From NCBI GenBank assembly GCA_025062155.1, contig JANXAM010000008.1, positions 11,786-75,785 on the forward strand: 64,000 bases of DNA. The letters are read 5' to 3'. This stretch comes from Gloeomargarita sp. SKYB120. GTDB taxonomy: Bacteria > Cyanobacteriota > Cyanobacteriia > Gloeomargaritales > Gloeomargaritaceae. Below the pieces are notes generated by a model. That model did not search any database. It was given only the letters and a program-made list of their open reading frames with translations, and was not told where the DNA came from. Position 1 is the first letter of the stretch; every line of letters starts with the position of its first letter. Positions 1 through 10,422 of the stretch are shown here, in pieces. The translations under genes and the position numbers were made by a program.

Positions 1-1
1 C

Positions 2-337
2 AAGTTCACCCGGAATCACCAATTTCCCCCCGACGACGTGCGGGCCAAAAACCGCCTGTTTCAAGGGGAATTGTACCAGCGGGCGCAGGCGGCCCTCGAA
101 CGGTTGCGGCCCATTGCCGAGTCCTACCACATTTCCCTGGGAAATCTGGCGCTGGCCTGGGTCCTGCACCAGCCCCAGACCTGTGCGATTGTGGGGGTGC
201 GCAACCGGGAACAGGTGCTGGGGAACCTGGGTGCCTTGCACGTGCGCCTGCGACCAGAAACCCTCGCCGAATTGGATGAAATCAGCCGCCCGGTTAATGA
301 ACTGATTCCACCGGGGGCCATCCTGTGGAATTTCTAG
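2..337 (+). CDS. aldo/keto reductase, C-terminal part (5' truncated by window edge)
   Basis: Open frame from base 2; IAESYHISLGNLALAWVLHQPQTCAIVGVRNREQV matches the AKR C-terminal QxALAWxL...IPGxxxxEQL pattern. Confidence 0.75.
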   Translation, partial: KFTRNHQFPPDDVRAKNRLFQGELYQRAQAALERLRPIAESYHISLGNLALAWVLHQPQTCAIVGVRNREQVLGNLGALHVRLRPETLAELDEISRPVNELIPPGAILWNF

Positions 338-348
338 CGGGAGGCGCG

Positions 349-1062
349 ATGGTTCCCTTGGGTTCGCACCGTCAACGGCAACTGCACCGGCTGCTCCAGC
401 GGCTGGGCGTGGACCCCCAGGGTCTCCAGTGGGATTGGCTGGACCAGGCCCTGACCCACCCTAGCTTTGACCTGCACCGGAACTACGAAGCCCTGGAGTT
501 CGTCGGAGACGGGGTGTTGCGGTTGCTGGCGGCAGATTTTCTGTGGCAGCATTACCCTGGCCAGCCGGTGGGGGAATACACGGCCCTGCGCTCAGTGCTG
601 GTGAGTAACCGCCTGTTGCGGCGTATTGCCGAACACTACGGCCTGGCGGAGGTGGTGCTGGTGGGTCGCGGGTTGGAACCGTCGGGGCTATGGCTGGCGG
701 ACGTCCTAGAGGCGGTGGCCGGCGCGATTTACTTGAGCAAGCGGGCGCTTGCCGTCTTGTACCCCGTGTTTTATCCCCACTGGCGACCGGAAGCCGAACG
801 GGTGCGCCAAGACCCCGCCCGCTGGAACTACAAAAACGCCCTGCAGGAGTGGACCCAGGCCCATTACCACAGCTTGCCCATCTACCAGACCGAATCCCTA
901 GCGGGGACGCCGGAGCGATTCCTGGCCCGCGTCTACGTGCAGGAGCAACTGGTGGGCGTCGGCCAGGGCAACTCCATCAAAGCGGCGCAGCAGGAAGCAG
1001 CACGGGTGGCGTGGGGTGTCTTAACCGGCGAGTCCGCCGATGGCTCACCGAATTGCAACTGA
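349..1062 (+). CDS. rnc: ribonuclease III
   Basis: NYEALEFVGDGVL signature, second acidic motif LADVLEA, C-terminal dsRBD (NYKNALQEWTQ...GQGNSIKAAQQEAA); ATG at 349 preferred over GTG 325. Confidence 0.92.
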   Translation: MVPLGSHRQRQLHRLLQRLGVDPQGLQWDWLDQALTHPSFDLHRNYEALEFVGDGVLRLLAADFLWQHYPGQPVGEYTALRSVLVSNRLLRRIAEHYGLAEVVLVGRGLEPSGLWLADVLEAVAGAIYLSKRALAVLYPVFYPHWRPEAERVRQDPARWNYKNALQEWTQAHYHSLPIYQTESLAGTPERFLARVYVQEQLVGVGQGNSIKAAQQEAARVAWGVLTGESADGSPNCN

Positions 1063-1245
1063 AGGCGGCCCATGTTATGTTAACGGACATAGCAGTATCT
1101 CACAGAATTTACGGAACTGAATGGCGGGTGTCAACGTCCCTCTAGGGGAGCTTGCAGGAGACTATCGAACGGCCACTTCGCCTGTCCAGCAACAGGGAGT
1201 CAAAATGCTGAAAAACCATTTTTGACCACGCCAAAATAGCACCCG

Positions 1246-3489
1246 ATGTTCACGTCATCCCCGCAGGCGATCTCCCCCGATGCCCTATCCCAGGAGTGGC
1301 TGGTAACCGTCCTGAATAGCATTGCCGATGGCGTGATTGTCACGGACGGGCAGGGGCGGGTGACGGCAATCAATCGCGCGGCGCTGCAACTGACGGGGTT
1401 GACCACGGAACAGGCCCTGGGACGGCCCTTGCCCGAAGTGCTGTGTCTTTCCCATCCCCAGCAGGAACAGGTGTTGCCCGACTTGATGCAGCGGGTGTTG
1501 CAGCAGGGAGTGACCACGGGTTTGCCGCGCGATACGCGCTTGGTGCGCCCCGACGGGTTGGACTACCTCTCGGCGACCTTGACCCCCCTGGCGAAACCGG
1601 GCCAGGGAATGGTGGTGACCTTTCGGGAAATCAACCGGCACCGGCAGTTGGAGGACTCGCTGCGGGAGCAGGTAAAGCGGGAGCATCTGCTGGGGGAAAT
1701 CGCCAGCCGGATTCACCGCTCGCTGGAACTGGAAACCATCCTGCAGACGGCAGTGACGGAAATTCGCCTGTGCCTGCAAGCAGAACGGGTCTGGGTCTGC
1801 CGGCTCGGGTCCGAGGGGTGGATGGAGGTGGCGCACGAAGCCACAGCCCCGAGTAGTCGTTCCTTGTTGGGCCGGCGCTGGCAGTTGACCCAGGAGGAGG
1901 TGGCGTCACGCCTGTACCGTGGGGAATCGGTGGTCTTGGCGGACCTGGAGACGACGCCTTGGCAGACCCCCTGGCTCACGGACTGGCGAGCCCTTGGCCT
2001 CAAATCGGCGCTGCTGACCCCGATCCGCCAGGGAGACCGACTGTGGGGAATTCTGGTGGCCGCCGACGGCTTGCGAGGACGCGCTTGGACCACCGCCGAA
2101 CGGCAACTGGTGGAGCGCTTGGCGGTGCAGTTGGGGATTGGCATTGAGCAGGCCCAGTTGGTGCAGCAGCTACGCACCCTCAACAGCACGCTGGAGATGC
2201 AGGTGGCGGAACGGACGCGGGAGTTGCGCCAGGCGTTGGACGCCGCCCAGGTGCTCTACACTGTGACCGAGCAGGTGCGCCGGAGTCTGGATGAAGGCCA
2301 GATTTTTCGCACGGCCCTGGACTGCTTGGGGAAAACCCTGGAGGCCGATTACTGCTGGGCCGCCCTGTACGACGAGGCGCAAATGCAGGCGGTGATTGCC
2401 TACGAGTACCTGGCCCAGCCCCATGCGCCTTCAACCATCGGCACCCAGATTCCCCTGCGCCACTACCGCGAACTCTACGACCGGTTGCTAGATGGGGAGG
2501 TGTGGCGCTACCCGCCGGTGGAGTTGTTGCCGCCGGTCTATGCCCAGTTCCGGGTCAGCGGCGGCCATATGGTCATTGCACCCCTGATGGATGACCAGGG
2601 GGTGATCGGCGAACTGGGGGTGGCCTTGACCCGACCTCAGGCGGGCGTTTCGTTGGACTTGGTGCCCCACGTGGCCAACCAGTGCGCGATTGCCAGCCGC
2701 CAGGCGCGGTTGTATCAGCAGTCCCAGGCCCAGGTGGTGGAACTGGAACGGCTGCACCGGCTCAAGGACGACTTTCTGAGCACCGTTTCCCACGAGTTGC
2801 GCACCCCCCTGTCCAACATGAAGCTGGCGTTGAAGATGCTCGGGTTGTCCCTGCGCAAGGGGGGCTACACGTCAGCCAAAGCCGCCAAAATGCTGCAATA
2901 CCTAGAGATTCTGGAGCGGGAGTACGAGCGGGAGGCCCAGCTCATCCAGGACTTGCTGCAGCTACGACAACTGGACAGCACCCAGCCTGCCTTGCCCCAG
3001 GTCACTTTGGATTTGCACCAGTGGATACCGGGGCTACTCAACCGGTTTCAACCCCAAGCCGAACAAAAGGCCCTGGCCTTGACCTGCACCTTAGACCCGC
3101 AATTACGCCAGATCAGCGTGCATCTGTTTAGCCTAGAGCGGGTGGTGGTGGAACTTCTGACCAACGCCCTGAAGTACACCCCCGCCGGCAACACGATTCA
3201 TCTCAGCACCCGCAAGCTGGGGGATTTTTGGCAACTGGAGGTAACTAACACCGGCGTGGAGATTCCCCCGTCGGAGCTGGGGTTGATTTTTGAACGGTTT
3301 TACCGCGTGCCCCGCAGCGACCCCTGGCAACAAGGTGGGATGGGCCTGGGCCTGGCGCTGGTGCAGCGGCTGGTGACCCATCTGGGGGGCACGATCACCG
3401 CCGATAGCGGTCGCGGGCAAACCCAATTTCGGGTGATTTTGCCCCTGTCTGCGCAGACCCCCCGCGAAAATGCTAAAATGACGGACTAA
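1246..3489 (+). CDS. PAS-GAF-GAF sensor histidine kinase
   Basis: PAS (IADGVIVTD...AINRAA), two GAFs (SLELETILQTAVTEIR; SLDEGQIF), HisKA VSHELRTPLSN, HATPase ELLTNALKYT and GMGLGL. Confidence 0.9.
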   Translation: MFTSSPQAISPDALSQEWLVTVLNSIADGVIVTDGQGRVTAINRAALQLTGLTTEQALGRPLPEVLCLSHPQQEQVLPDLMQRVLQQGVTTGLPRDTRLVRPDGLDYLSATLTPLAKPGQGMVVTFREINRHRQLEDSLREQVKREHLLGEIASRIHRSLELETILQTAVTEIRLCLQAERVWVCRLGSEGWMEVAHEATAPSSRSLLGRRWQLTQEEVASRLYRGESVVLADLETTPWQTPWLTDWRALGLKSALLTPIRQGDRLWGILVAADGLRGRAWTTAERQLVERLAVQLGIGIEQAQLVQQLRTLNSTLEMQVAERTRELRQALDAAQVLYTVTEQVRRSLDEGQIFRTALDCLGKTLEADYCWAALYDEAQMQAVIAYEYLAQPHAPSTIGTQIPLRHYRELYDRLLDGEVWRYPPVELLPPVYAQFRVSGGHMVIAPLMDDQGVIGELGVALTRPQAGVSLDLVPHVANQCAIASRQARLYQQSQAQVVELERLHRLKDDFLSTVSHELRTPLSNMKLALKMLGLSLRKGGYTSAKAAKMLQYLEILEREYEREAQLIQDLLQLRQLDSTQPALPQVTLDLHQWIPGLLNRFQPQAEQKALALTCTLDPQLRQISVHLFSLERVVVELLTNALKYTPAGNTIHLSTRKLGDFWQLEVTNTGVEIPPSELGLIFERFYRVPRSDPWQQGGMGLGLALVQRLVTHLGGTITADSGRGQTQFRVILPLSAQTPRENAKMTD

Positions 3490-3500
3490 GATATAGTCAA

Positions 3501-3908
3501 ATGATGGATATAGACCTGCTTGCCGGCAGCCACCCTATGTCTCAGCCGACCCAGCCCAATTCCCTGACCCCCCTGCAGGCCCAGCAGCCGCGACTAGTGC
3601 ATGTGCGCACAGGTACGGTGGTGCCCATTCCCCAGCATCGGAACGTCCTGTTGGTGGGCAAACCTAATGACTATCTCCCGCCGGACATTGACGTGGCTGG
3701 TTTTCCCGATGCCGATATCGTCTCGCGCATCCATGCCCGCCTGATTCTGGAGAACAACCAGGTGGCGATTGAGGATATGGGCAGCACCAACGGCACCTAC
3801 GTCAACGGCCAGCGGTTGCGGGTGGGACAACGATACACCTTGCGGGCTGGCGACTGGATTGCGCTGGGGAAGGAGGACAAGGTCACTTTCTTGTTGCAGC
3901 AGGACTGA
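3501..3908 (+). CDS. FHA domain protein
   Basis: VGKP...DID...IVSRIHA...IEDMGSTNGTYVNG FHA motifs. Confidence 0.9.
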   Translation: MMDIDLLAGSHPMSQPTQPNSLTPLQAQQPRLVHVRTGTVVPIPQHRNVLLVGKPNDYLPPDIDVAGFPDADIVSRIHARLILENNQVAIEDMGSTNGTYVNGQRLRVGQRYTLRAGDWIALGKEDKVTFLLQQD

Positions 3909-3912
3909 CGCT

Positions 3913-4806
3913 ATGGAAACTGCCCCATCCATGCCGAACGATGCCTTGGCGACCCAGGCGCCGCCCCGGTTAGTGAATTTGGAGGTCGCTGGACTTACGG
4001 ATGTCGGCTGTCAGCGGGAGTATAACCAGGACTATTTCTATGCCCATACGGTGATCCAGCGCCGGCTCAGCCCCCAAGGGGAAGTGGTACAGGGCAAGGG
4101 ACTATACATTCTTTGCGACGGCATGGGCGGTCATGCAGGTGGGGATGAGGCGAGCCAGTTGGCTACCCATAAGTTGGCCACGTATTTGTTGGAGCATTGG
4201 AGCGAAGGGGAATTGCCGGGACCGGATGTGATCCATGCCGGCGTCGGGGTTGCCAATCAAGCGATTTACTTACGCAATGAAGAAGAGTACCGCCGGGGCA
4301 AGGGCCGGATGGGGACAACGCTGGTGGCGGCACTGGTACAGGATAACCAAGTGGCGATAACCCATGTGGGGGACAGCCGGGCGTACCGGATCACGCAGTC
4401 GGAGGGGCTGAAGCAGCTCACGCTCGACCACGAAGTGGGGCAATGGGAAATCCAACGGGGCACGGACCCAGCGATTGCCTACAGCCGTCCTGACGCCTAT
4501 CAATTGACCCAGGCGCTCGGACCTCGTCACGAGCAGACCCTGGAGGTGGACGTAGACTATTTCACCATTACAGAGGACACGGTGTTGCTGCTGTGTTCGG
4601 ACGGGTTATCGGATAACGGGCTGGTGGAAAACCACTGGCAGCAGTACCTCAAACCGTTGCTGTTGCCCCAGGCGGGCCTGATTCATCTCCAGGCGGCCAC
4701 GCGCCAGTTGATTGACCTGGCCAACGAACTCAATGGCCACGACAACATCACCGTTGTTCTGGTCAAGATACAGGTGCAGCCGCCGGCGTCGGCAGGGAAA
4801 GGATGA
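3913..4806 (+). CDS. PP2C-family Ser/Thr protein phosphatase
   Basis: TDVGCQREYNQD, ILCDGMGGH, GTT, HVGDSRAY, LLCSDGL, GHDNIT; start at ATG 3913 just after the FHA stop. Confidence 0.92.
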   Translation: METAPSMPNDALATQAPPRLVNLEVAGLTDVGCQREYNQDYFYAHTVIQRRLSPQGEVVQGKGLYILCDGMGGHAGGDEASQLATHKLATYLLEHWSEGELPGPDVIHAGVGVANQAIYLRNEEEYRRGKGRMGTTLVAALVQDNQVAITHVGDSRAYRITQSEGLKQLTLDHEVGQWEIQRGTDPAIAYSRPDAYQLTQALGPRHEQTLEVDVDYFTITEDTVLLLCSDGLSDNGLVENHWQQYLKPLLLPQAGLIHLQAATRQLIDLANELNGHDNITVVLVKIQVQPPASAGKG

Positions 4807-5969
4807 CCACTACTTCTCCAGTCCTGGTAATTCACGTCAGCGAACTGGAGGCGCAAGGGATTTCCTACCATCAAGGCGCATACTTCACGTTTCAAGCTCA
4901 CCGGCTGCGGAAAGGTCAATCCTTTGGGGGCCATTTGCGGGACGAGGCCATCGCGCTAGCGACCCAGTACCAGTCAGAGGGGCGGTTTTGCATCCTGGTG
5001 GAAGAAGAGGGGATGTTGACCCTGTGTCGGGAAGACCCGCCGGCAAGCACCGATACCAACGCGAAACCCCTGTTGACGGTTCCCCCCTGCCCAGTGCCGG
5101 CGTTAACCCCACCCTACCAGCACCTATCGCCGCCCGACCGGACGTTAGCTGAATTGCTGGCCCAGGTGCGGCAGCATTTTGCGCGTCGCACGGTATCGGT
5201 TGCCGGTTTGACGTGGCGCTACTGGGTAGGCGGTGCGGGCGCTCAGGCCATCCTGTTTCTCCCTGGAACTGTGCATTGGGGCGAGATGTGGTTTGCCTAT
5301 CTGCACGCCTGGCAGGGGGATTTTCGGGTCCTGGCGCCCACCTATCCGGCGGCGACGCGGGTGGAACAACTGGTGGAGGGACTGCGCCAGCTCCTGAAAC
5401 AGGAGCAACTCCAGCAGGTGCATCTGGTGGGGCATTCGCTGGGGGGCCTGATCGCGCTGGCGTTCCTGCGGCAATATCCGGTGCTGGTGGATAAACTGGT
5501 GCTTTCCCATACGGGTGTGGGCGCGCCCGGCTCAGACCGCGTGAAACAAGCCCGCCAAGCCGAACGGCACCTGCAAGGGATGTCAGCAACTGAGATTGCG
5601 CAGCAGATTTATGCACGGATTGCCCAGAAACACTTGACCGCCATACCAAACCAGGAATTTTGGCGAGCCTACTTCCGGGAAGTGTTGCAAGGGACGAGCA
5701 AGACGGAATTCATCCATCTCAACTGCCGGGTGGTGGCGGACTTTTTCCAGCATTACCGGTTGCGGAGCCAAGACCTCAACGACCCCAAGCGCCCGGTTTT
5801 GCTCGTCGAGGCGGACAACGACACCACCTTTACCCCCGCTGAGCAGGCCGCCTTGAAGGCGCTGTTTCCCCAGGCGCAAACCTTGACCTGTCACGGCACC
5901 GGTCACTATAGCGTGGTGGTGGCGGCTGAGCAGGTGATGCCCCGCCTGGTTCAGTTCTGGCGAGCGTAG
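4803..5969 (+). CDS. alpha/beta hydrolase with extra N-terminal domain
   Basis: GHSLG nucleophile elbow, EADNDT Asp region, TGHY His; about 110-aa N-terminal extension. Confidence 0.8.
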   Translation: MTTTSPVLVIHVSELEAQGISYHQGAYFTFQAHRLRKGQSFGGHLRDEAIALATQYQSEGRFCILVEEEGMLTLCREDPPASTDTNAKPLLTVPPCPVPALTPPYQHLSPPDRTLAELLAQVRQHFARRTVSVAGLTWRYWVGGAGAQAILFLPGTVHWGEMWFAYLHAWQGDFRVLAPTYPAATRVEQLVEGLRQLLKQEQLQQVHLVGHSLGGLIALAFLRQYPVLVDKLVLSHTGVGAPGSDRVKQARQAERHLQGMSATEIAQQIYARIAQKHLTAIPNQEFWRAYFREVLQGTSKTEFIHLNCRVVADFFQHYRLRSQDLNDPKRPVLLVEADNDTTFTPAEQAALKALFPQAQTLTCHGTGHYSVVVAAEQVMPRLVQFWRA

Positions 5970-6031
5970 GGGTCATGCCCCGTTTTGTTTACAATAAAGG
6001 CATTGTGGAGATAACGGGGTGGTCAGCAACG

Positions 6032-6376
6032 ATGCAGGTGTACGTCCTGATCTACAATCCGGGTACCGACAACGAGGGGATTCACAGCCTGAAATTGCAA
6101 GGCGAAGACACGATTTTAATGTTTGAAGACCGGGACGACGCTGTGCGGTTTGCTGACTATTTGGAAGCCCAGGATTTTCCGGTACCGACGGTCGAAGCGA
6201 TTGACCCTGAAGAAATTCGCCAGTTTTGCGAAGAACACGGGTTTCACTACCAACTGGTGCCCGCCGGAACCTTGCTTTTGCCCCCCGAGCGGAATGTCGA
6301 GCGCACGGACTGGCAACCCACACCTGCTGACGATGGGTTGGACGAAATTCGCCGTCGCCTGGAACGCTTGCTGTAG
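6032..6376 (+). CDS. DUF3110 family protein
   Basis: VYVLIYNPGTDNEGIHSL...LMFEDRDDAVRFA..LEAQDFP, a cyanobacterial DUF3110 pattern (from recall). Confidence 0.8.
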   Translation: MQVYVLIYNPGTDNEGIHSLKLQGEDTILMFEDRDDAVRFADYLEAQDFPVPTVEAIDPEEIRQFCEEHGFHYQLVPAGTLLLPPERNVERTDWQPTPADDGLDEIRRRLERLL

Positions 6377-6379
6377 GCC

Positions 6380-7882
6380 ATGACCCATCGCCCGGGGGAG
6401 GAACTGCGCCAGCAACGCCTGGAAAAAGCTCACCAGTGGCGACAGGTCGGCGTTAATCCCTATCCCTACCGCTACGAACGCACCCACCACACAGTCGAAC
6501 TGCAAAAGCAATACCACGACCTAGCGCCCGGGGGAGAAGTAGCAACGACCGTTCGTGTGGCTGGTCGGATCATGGCGCGACGGGTGTTTGGGAAACTTGC
6601 CTTTTTTACCCTGCGGGATGAACACGGCACGATTCAGTTGTATTTGGAAAAACAGCGCATCCAAGCCGGGATGGGAGAGGCGGCGTTTGAGCAACTCAAG
6701 CAATGGACCGATGTGGGGGATTTTCTCGGCGCAGAAGGCACAATCAAACGCACGGAAAAAGGCGAGTTATCGGTCTATGTCCAGCGCTATGAACTGCTCA
6801 CCAAATCCCTGTTGCCGTTGCCGGATAAGTGGCATGGGTTGACGGATGTGGAAAAACGCTATCGCCAGCGCTACGTGGATTTGATTGTCAATCCCGACGT
6901 TCGTGACATTTTCCGCAAGCGAGCGAAATTGGTGCAATTGACGCGCCGGTACTTGGATGAACGGGGTTTTTTGGAAATGGAAACGCCCGTGTTGCAACCC
7001 CAAGCCGGTGGCGCTGAAGCCCGCCCGTTTATTACCCATCACAACGCGCTGGATATGGACTTGTACTTGCGCATTGCCACGGAGTTGCACCTGAAACGGC
7101 TGGTGGTGGGGGGATTTGAAAAGGTGTACGAACTGGGGCGCATCTTTCGCAATGAAGGAGTGTCCACACGCCATAACCCCGAATTCACGTCCATCGAGGT
7201 CTATCAAGCCTACGCCGACTACACCGACATGATGCAATTAACCGAAGATTTGATCACGACGGTCACGCAGGAGTTGCTGGGCACGTTGCAGTTGACCTAC
7301 CAAGGGCAAGCGATTGATTTGACGCCGCCCTGGCGCCGGGTGACGATGGTGGATTTAGTGCGAGACAAAACGGGCTGGGATTTCTACAAGTTTGACACGC
7401 TAGAGCAGGGGCAAAAAGCGGCGCAGCAATGTGGGTTAATCAACGCCGATGAACATGACAGTTTGGGGCGCTTGTTGAATGCCTTGTTTGAAGAGTTTTG
7501 CGAGGTGGATTTGGTGCAGCCCACGTTTGTGCTGGATTTTCCGGTGGAGGTTTCTCCCCTGGCGAAAAAACACCGCACCCAACCGGGATTGGTTGAGCGC
7601 TTTGAGTTGTTTATTGCGGGACGAGAGTTAGCTAATAGCTTTTCAGAATTGACCGACCCCATTGACCAGCGCGAGCGATTTGAACAGCAGGCTGCCCGTA
7701 GAGCTGCTGGCGACCTGGAAGCGCACGGGGTCGATGAAGATTTCTTGACCGCGCTGGAGTATGGGATGCCGCCAACGGGGGGCATGGGCCTGGGCATTGA
7801 CCGCTGGGTGATGCTGGTGACGGATGCGGCTAGTATTCGCGAGGTGATTCCCTTCCCGCTGCTCAAGCCGGAGCATGGGTAA
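6380..7882 (+). CDS. lysS: lysine--tRNA ligase
   Basis: OB-fold N-terminus, [44 protein letters not shown]. Confidence 0.97.
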   Translation: MTHRPGEELRQQRLEKAHQWRQVGVNPYPYRYERTHHTVELQKQYHDLAPGGEVATTVRVAGRIMARRVFGKLAFFTLRDEHGTIQLYLEKQRIQAGMGEAAFEQLKQWTDVGDFLGAEGTIKRTEKGELSVYVQRYELLTKSLLPLPDKWHGLTDVEKRYRQRYVDLIVNPDVRDIFRKRAKLVQLTRRYLDERGFLEMETPVLQPQAGGAEARPFITHHNALDMDLYLRIATELHLKRLVVGGFEKVYELGRIFRNEGVSTRHNPEFTSIEVYQAYADYTDMMQLTEDLITTVTQELLGTLQLTYQGQAIDLTPPWRRVTMVDLVRDKTGWDFYKFDTLEQGQKAAQQCGLINADEHDSLGRLLNALFEEFCEVDLVQPTFVLDFPVEVSPLAKKHRTQPGLVERFELFIAGRELANSFSELTDPIDQRERFEQQAARRAAGDLEAHGVDEDFLTALEYGMPPTGGMGLGIDRWVMLVTDAASIREVIPFPLLKPEHG

Positions 7883-9044
7883 ACGCTGGGGTTACTGGTC
7901 CCTGTGGGGTGCGCTCTGGGGCGTTAGTTTAGGCTTGCGGTTTTGGGGCTTGGGACGCTTCGACGAGTTCGTCTTTGATGAAGTCTATTTCGCCAAGTTC
8001 GCCCACAACTATTTGCAGAACATTCCCTTTTTCGACGGGCACCCGCCCCTAGGGAAATACCTGATTGCGCTGGGGATTTATATCGCCGGGGGCTTTCACG
8101 CCTGGGGGTATCGCTGGGTCAATGCGCTGGTGGGTTCTGCGCTTCCCTTGCTGACCGGATTGCTGGTCTATGAACTGAGTCGGCAGCGATGGTTGGCGTT
8201 GGTCGCCGGTTATCTGGTGGCAACGGATGGACTGTTGCTGGTGGAATCCCGCTACGCCCTGATCAATGTGCATTTGATGGCGCTAGGGCTATTGGGGCAA
8301 TGGCTGGTGTTGCGCCGGCAGGTCTGGGCGGGGGTGTTTCTGGGCGCGAGTGCCGCAGTGAAATGGAATGGCCTAGCCTACTGGTTTGGGGGTCTCCTAG
8401 CTGCCATGAAATTGCGCTGGCGTTGGGTTCCCCTGGTGCTAGGGCTGTTCCTGCTTCCCCTGGCAACGTATCTGCTCACTTGGTGGCCCCACCTGCGGCA
8501 AAATCCAGAGCGAGATTTGCTGGCCCTGCATCGCGACATGCTCAGCGCCCATACCCGCATTGGCTCCGGGCCAGACGTGCATCCCTACTGTTCAGCGTGG
8601 TGGTCATGGCCTTTGATGCTGCGCCCGCTGAGTTACTACTACCAGAGCCACGACGGCTGGGTCACCCATGTCCAGGCGATGGGCAACCCCGTGCTCTGGT
8701 GGCTGGTTTTGGCAGCGGTGCTTTTTTCCCTGCCCCAGCTCCGGCGGCGGGATTGCCCCTGGACGCTGCAATTCGCCCTGGGGAACTACCTGCTCCAGTG
8801 GCTGCCCTGGGCGCTCATCCGGCGGTGCGTTTTTCTCTATCACTACCTGCCGGCGCTGGTGTTTGGGTGTGTGGTGTTGGCGTGGGGGCTGGTCACCCTT
8901 TGGCAACGAGGTTACCAGCGAGTCGCGGGGGCCTTGCTCGCTTTACCAGCTATCGCCCTGGCGTTTTGGTTGCCCGTGTACCTAGGGTTGCCCTTGACCC
9001 CCACTGCCTGGCGCTGGCGCTTTTGGTTGCCCAGTTGGATTTAG
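7875..9044 (+). CDS. dolichyl-phosphate-mannose protein mannosyltransferase-like (GT-C/PMT) membrane glycosyltransferase
   Basis: FDEVYF...[38 protein letters not shown]; many TM segments. Confidence 0.85.
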   Translation: MGKRWGYWSLWGALWGVSLGLRFWGLGRFDEFVFDEVYFAKFAHNYLQNIPFFDGHPPLGKYLIALGIYIAGGFHAWGYRWVNALVGSALPLLTGLLVYELSRQRWLALVAGYLVATDGLLLVESRYALINVHLMALGLLGQWLVLRRQVWAGVFLGASAAVKWNGLAYWFGGLLAAMKLRWRWVPLVLGLFLLPLATYLLTWWPHLRQNPERDLLALHRDMLSAHTRIGSGPDVHPYCSAWWSWPLMLRPLSYYYQSHDGWVTHVQAMGNPVLWWLVLAAVLFSLPQLRRRDCPWTLQFALGNYLLQWLPWALIRRCVFLYHYLPALVFGCVVLAWGLVTLWQRGYQRVAGALLALPAIALAFWLPVYLGLPLTPTAWRWRFWLPSWI

Positions 9045-9046
9045 CC

Positions 9047-10081
9047 CTAGACAACCGCCAATTGCCGCTGGAACAACTGGGCGAGTTTGCGGGGTTGCCG
9101 GTGGCGCCAGTGACCCTTGCCATAGACATAGCCCGCCAGCAACGGGAACGCCAGCGTTGCTTCCGCAAACACCATCTGCTCGGTGCTCATATCCACCTTG
9201 CCCCAGGAATGGGCTTCCCGCAGCGTGGAACCCGACAGCGCCCCATCCCGCTCATCCGCCACCGTAATCTGGATGGCATAGCGGTGCATCGCCGTTTCAA
9301 ACCCCAGCAGTTCCGCCGCCACCACCGTATCCTGGGCAAAGTTTTTGGGCACGCCGCCCCCAATCATCACCAAACCCGTCGCTGGGCTGGCCAGTTTGCA
9401 CTGGGTGAGTTCCCGGAAATCCCGCACCGAGTCAATCGTCACGTGCCGGTCGGGGGAGTACCACTGGTGATAGACCAGGCCAAACCCCGCCGAGCAGTCG
9501 CTAAACGCCGGCACAAAGATGGGCACCTGGTGCCGATAGGCCGCCAGCACCACCGACGGTTCCGTCACCCCCCGTCGTTCTAGGTACAACCCCATCTGCT
9601 CAATAAACTCCCGCGACGAGTAGGGGCGCGGCTCCAGACCATCGGCAATTTCGGCGATCACGTGGTCGCACACCCGCAACTCCCGCTCATCAATGTAGGT
9701 GTCGTAGATGCGGTCAATCTGGTGCTGGCGCAGCAGTTCATCATCCGCCAGCGGGTCGCCCACGTAATGCCGGAACCCCAGCGCTTCAAAGAAATCCTGG
9801 TCCACGATGTTGGCGCCGGTGGAAACAATCACATCCACCATGTGGTGGGTAATCAAATCCACCACCACCTGCTTGAGTCCGGCGCTAAACAGCGACCCCG
9901 CCAAACACAGGATGATGGTGCAGTCCGGGTCCTGGAGCATCCGGTCGTAAATTTGGGCAGCCCGTCCCAAGTTGCGCGCCTGAAACGCCATCTGCGCCAT
10001 CGCCTCGACCAGACCCACCACGTCAAATTGTTTAATGTCGATCGCCTCGACCGTCTTTTGCAACAACTCCCGACGTTCCAT
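9047..10081 (-). CDS. deoxyhypusine-synthase-like homospermidine-pathway enzyme (SpeY-like)
   Basis: IVSTGANIVDQD, PAFSDCSAG, IGGGVPKNF, DGALSGSTLREAHSWGKV with catalytic Lys; start taken as MERRE at 10081. Confidence 0.85.
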   Translation of the reverse strand: MERRELLQKTVEAIDIKQFDVVGLVEAMAQMAFQARNLGRAAQIYDRMLQDPDCTIILCLAGSLFSAGLKQVVVDLITHHMVDVIVSTGANIVDQDFFEALGFRHYVGDPLADDELLRQHQIDRIYDTYIDERELRVCDHVIAEIADGLEPRPYSSREFIEQMGLYLERRGVTEPSVVLAAYRHQVPIFVPAFSDCSAGFGLVYHQWYSPDRHVTIDSVRDFRELTQCKLASPATGLVMIGGGVPKNFAQDTVVAAELLGFETAMHRYAIQITVADERDGALSGSTLREAHSWGKVDMSTEQMVFAEATLAFPLLAGYVYGKGHWRHRQPRKLAQLFQRQLAVV

Positions 10082-10422
10082 TTCTCTGCCTCCTAGTCCC
10101 AAAGCAAAAATTTCCAGTGCCACGACTGTCGCTTCACCTTCCACAGGGAAGGTCAGCGGGGACTAGGCGCTTCACAACGGTCATGCCAAAACAGGCCAGG
10201 GTCCGATTCCCGCCGCTTCTCCAACTGCGTTTCCAGGTACCACAACCCGGCAACTCGCCACGCAACTGGCATTTGTGCAACACTAGGCACGGATATTCCA
10301 TTTATAAACTATAGCACCCTCATCGCAAAACGCAATCCCTGATCCCCAGGGGGAAAATTCGGTGTTGTGAGGGGTTGCACCTTCTGTTACAATCGTCGCA
10401 ACAGTAATTTTCACGACAAGAT

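Noticed and set aside
1690-2160. First GAF of the His kinase as a cyanobacteriochrome
   Set aside because: Lacks the DxCF and CH bilin-binding Cys motifs (reads WQTPW)
8189-9583. 464-aa plus-strand ORF and the many other nested or antisense ORFs in the track
   Set aside because: Shadow frames of well-supported genes in GC-rich DNA
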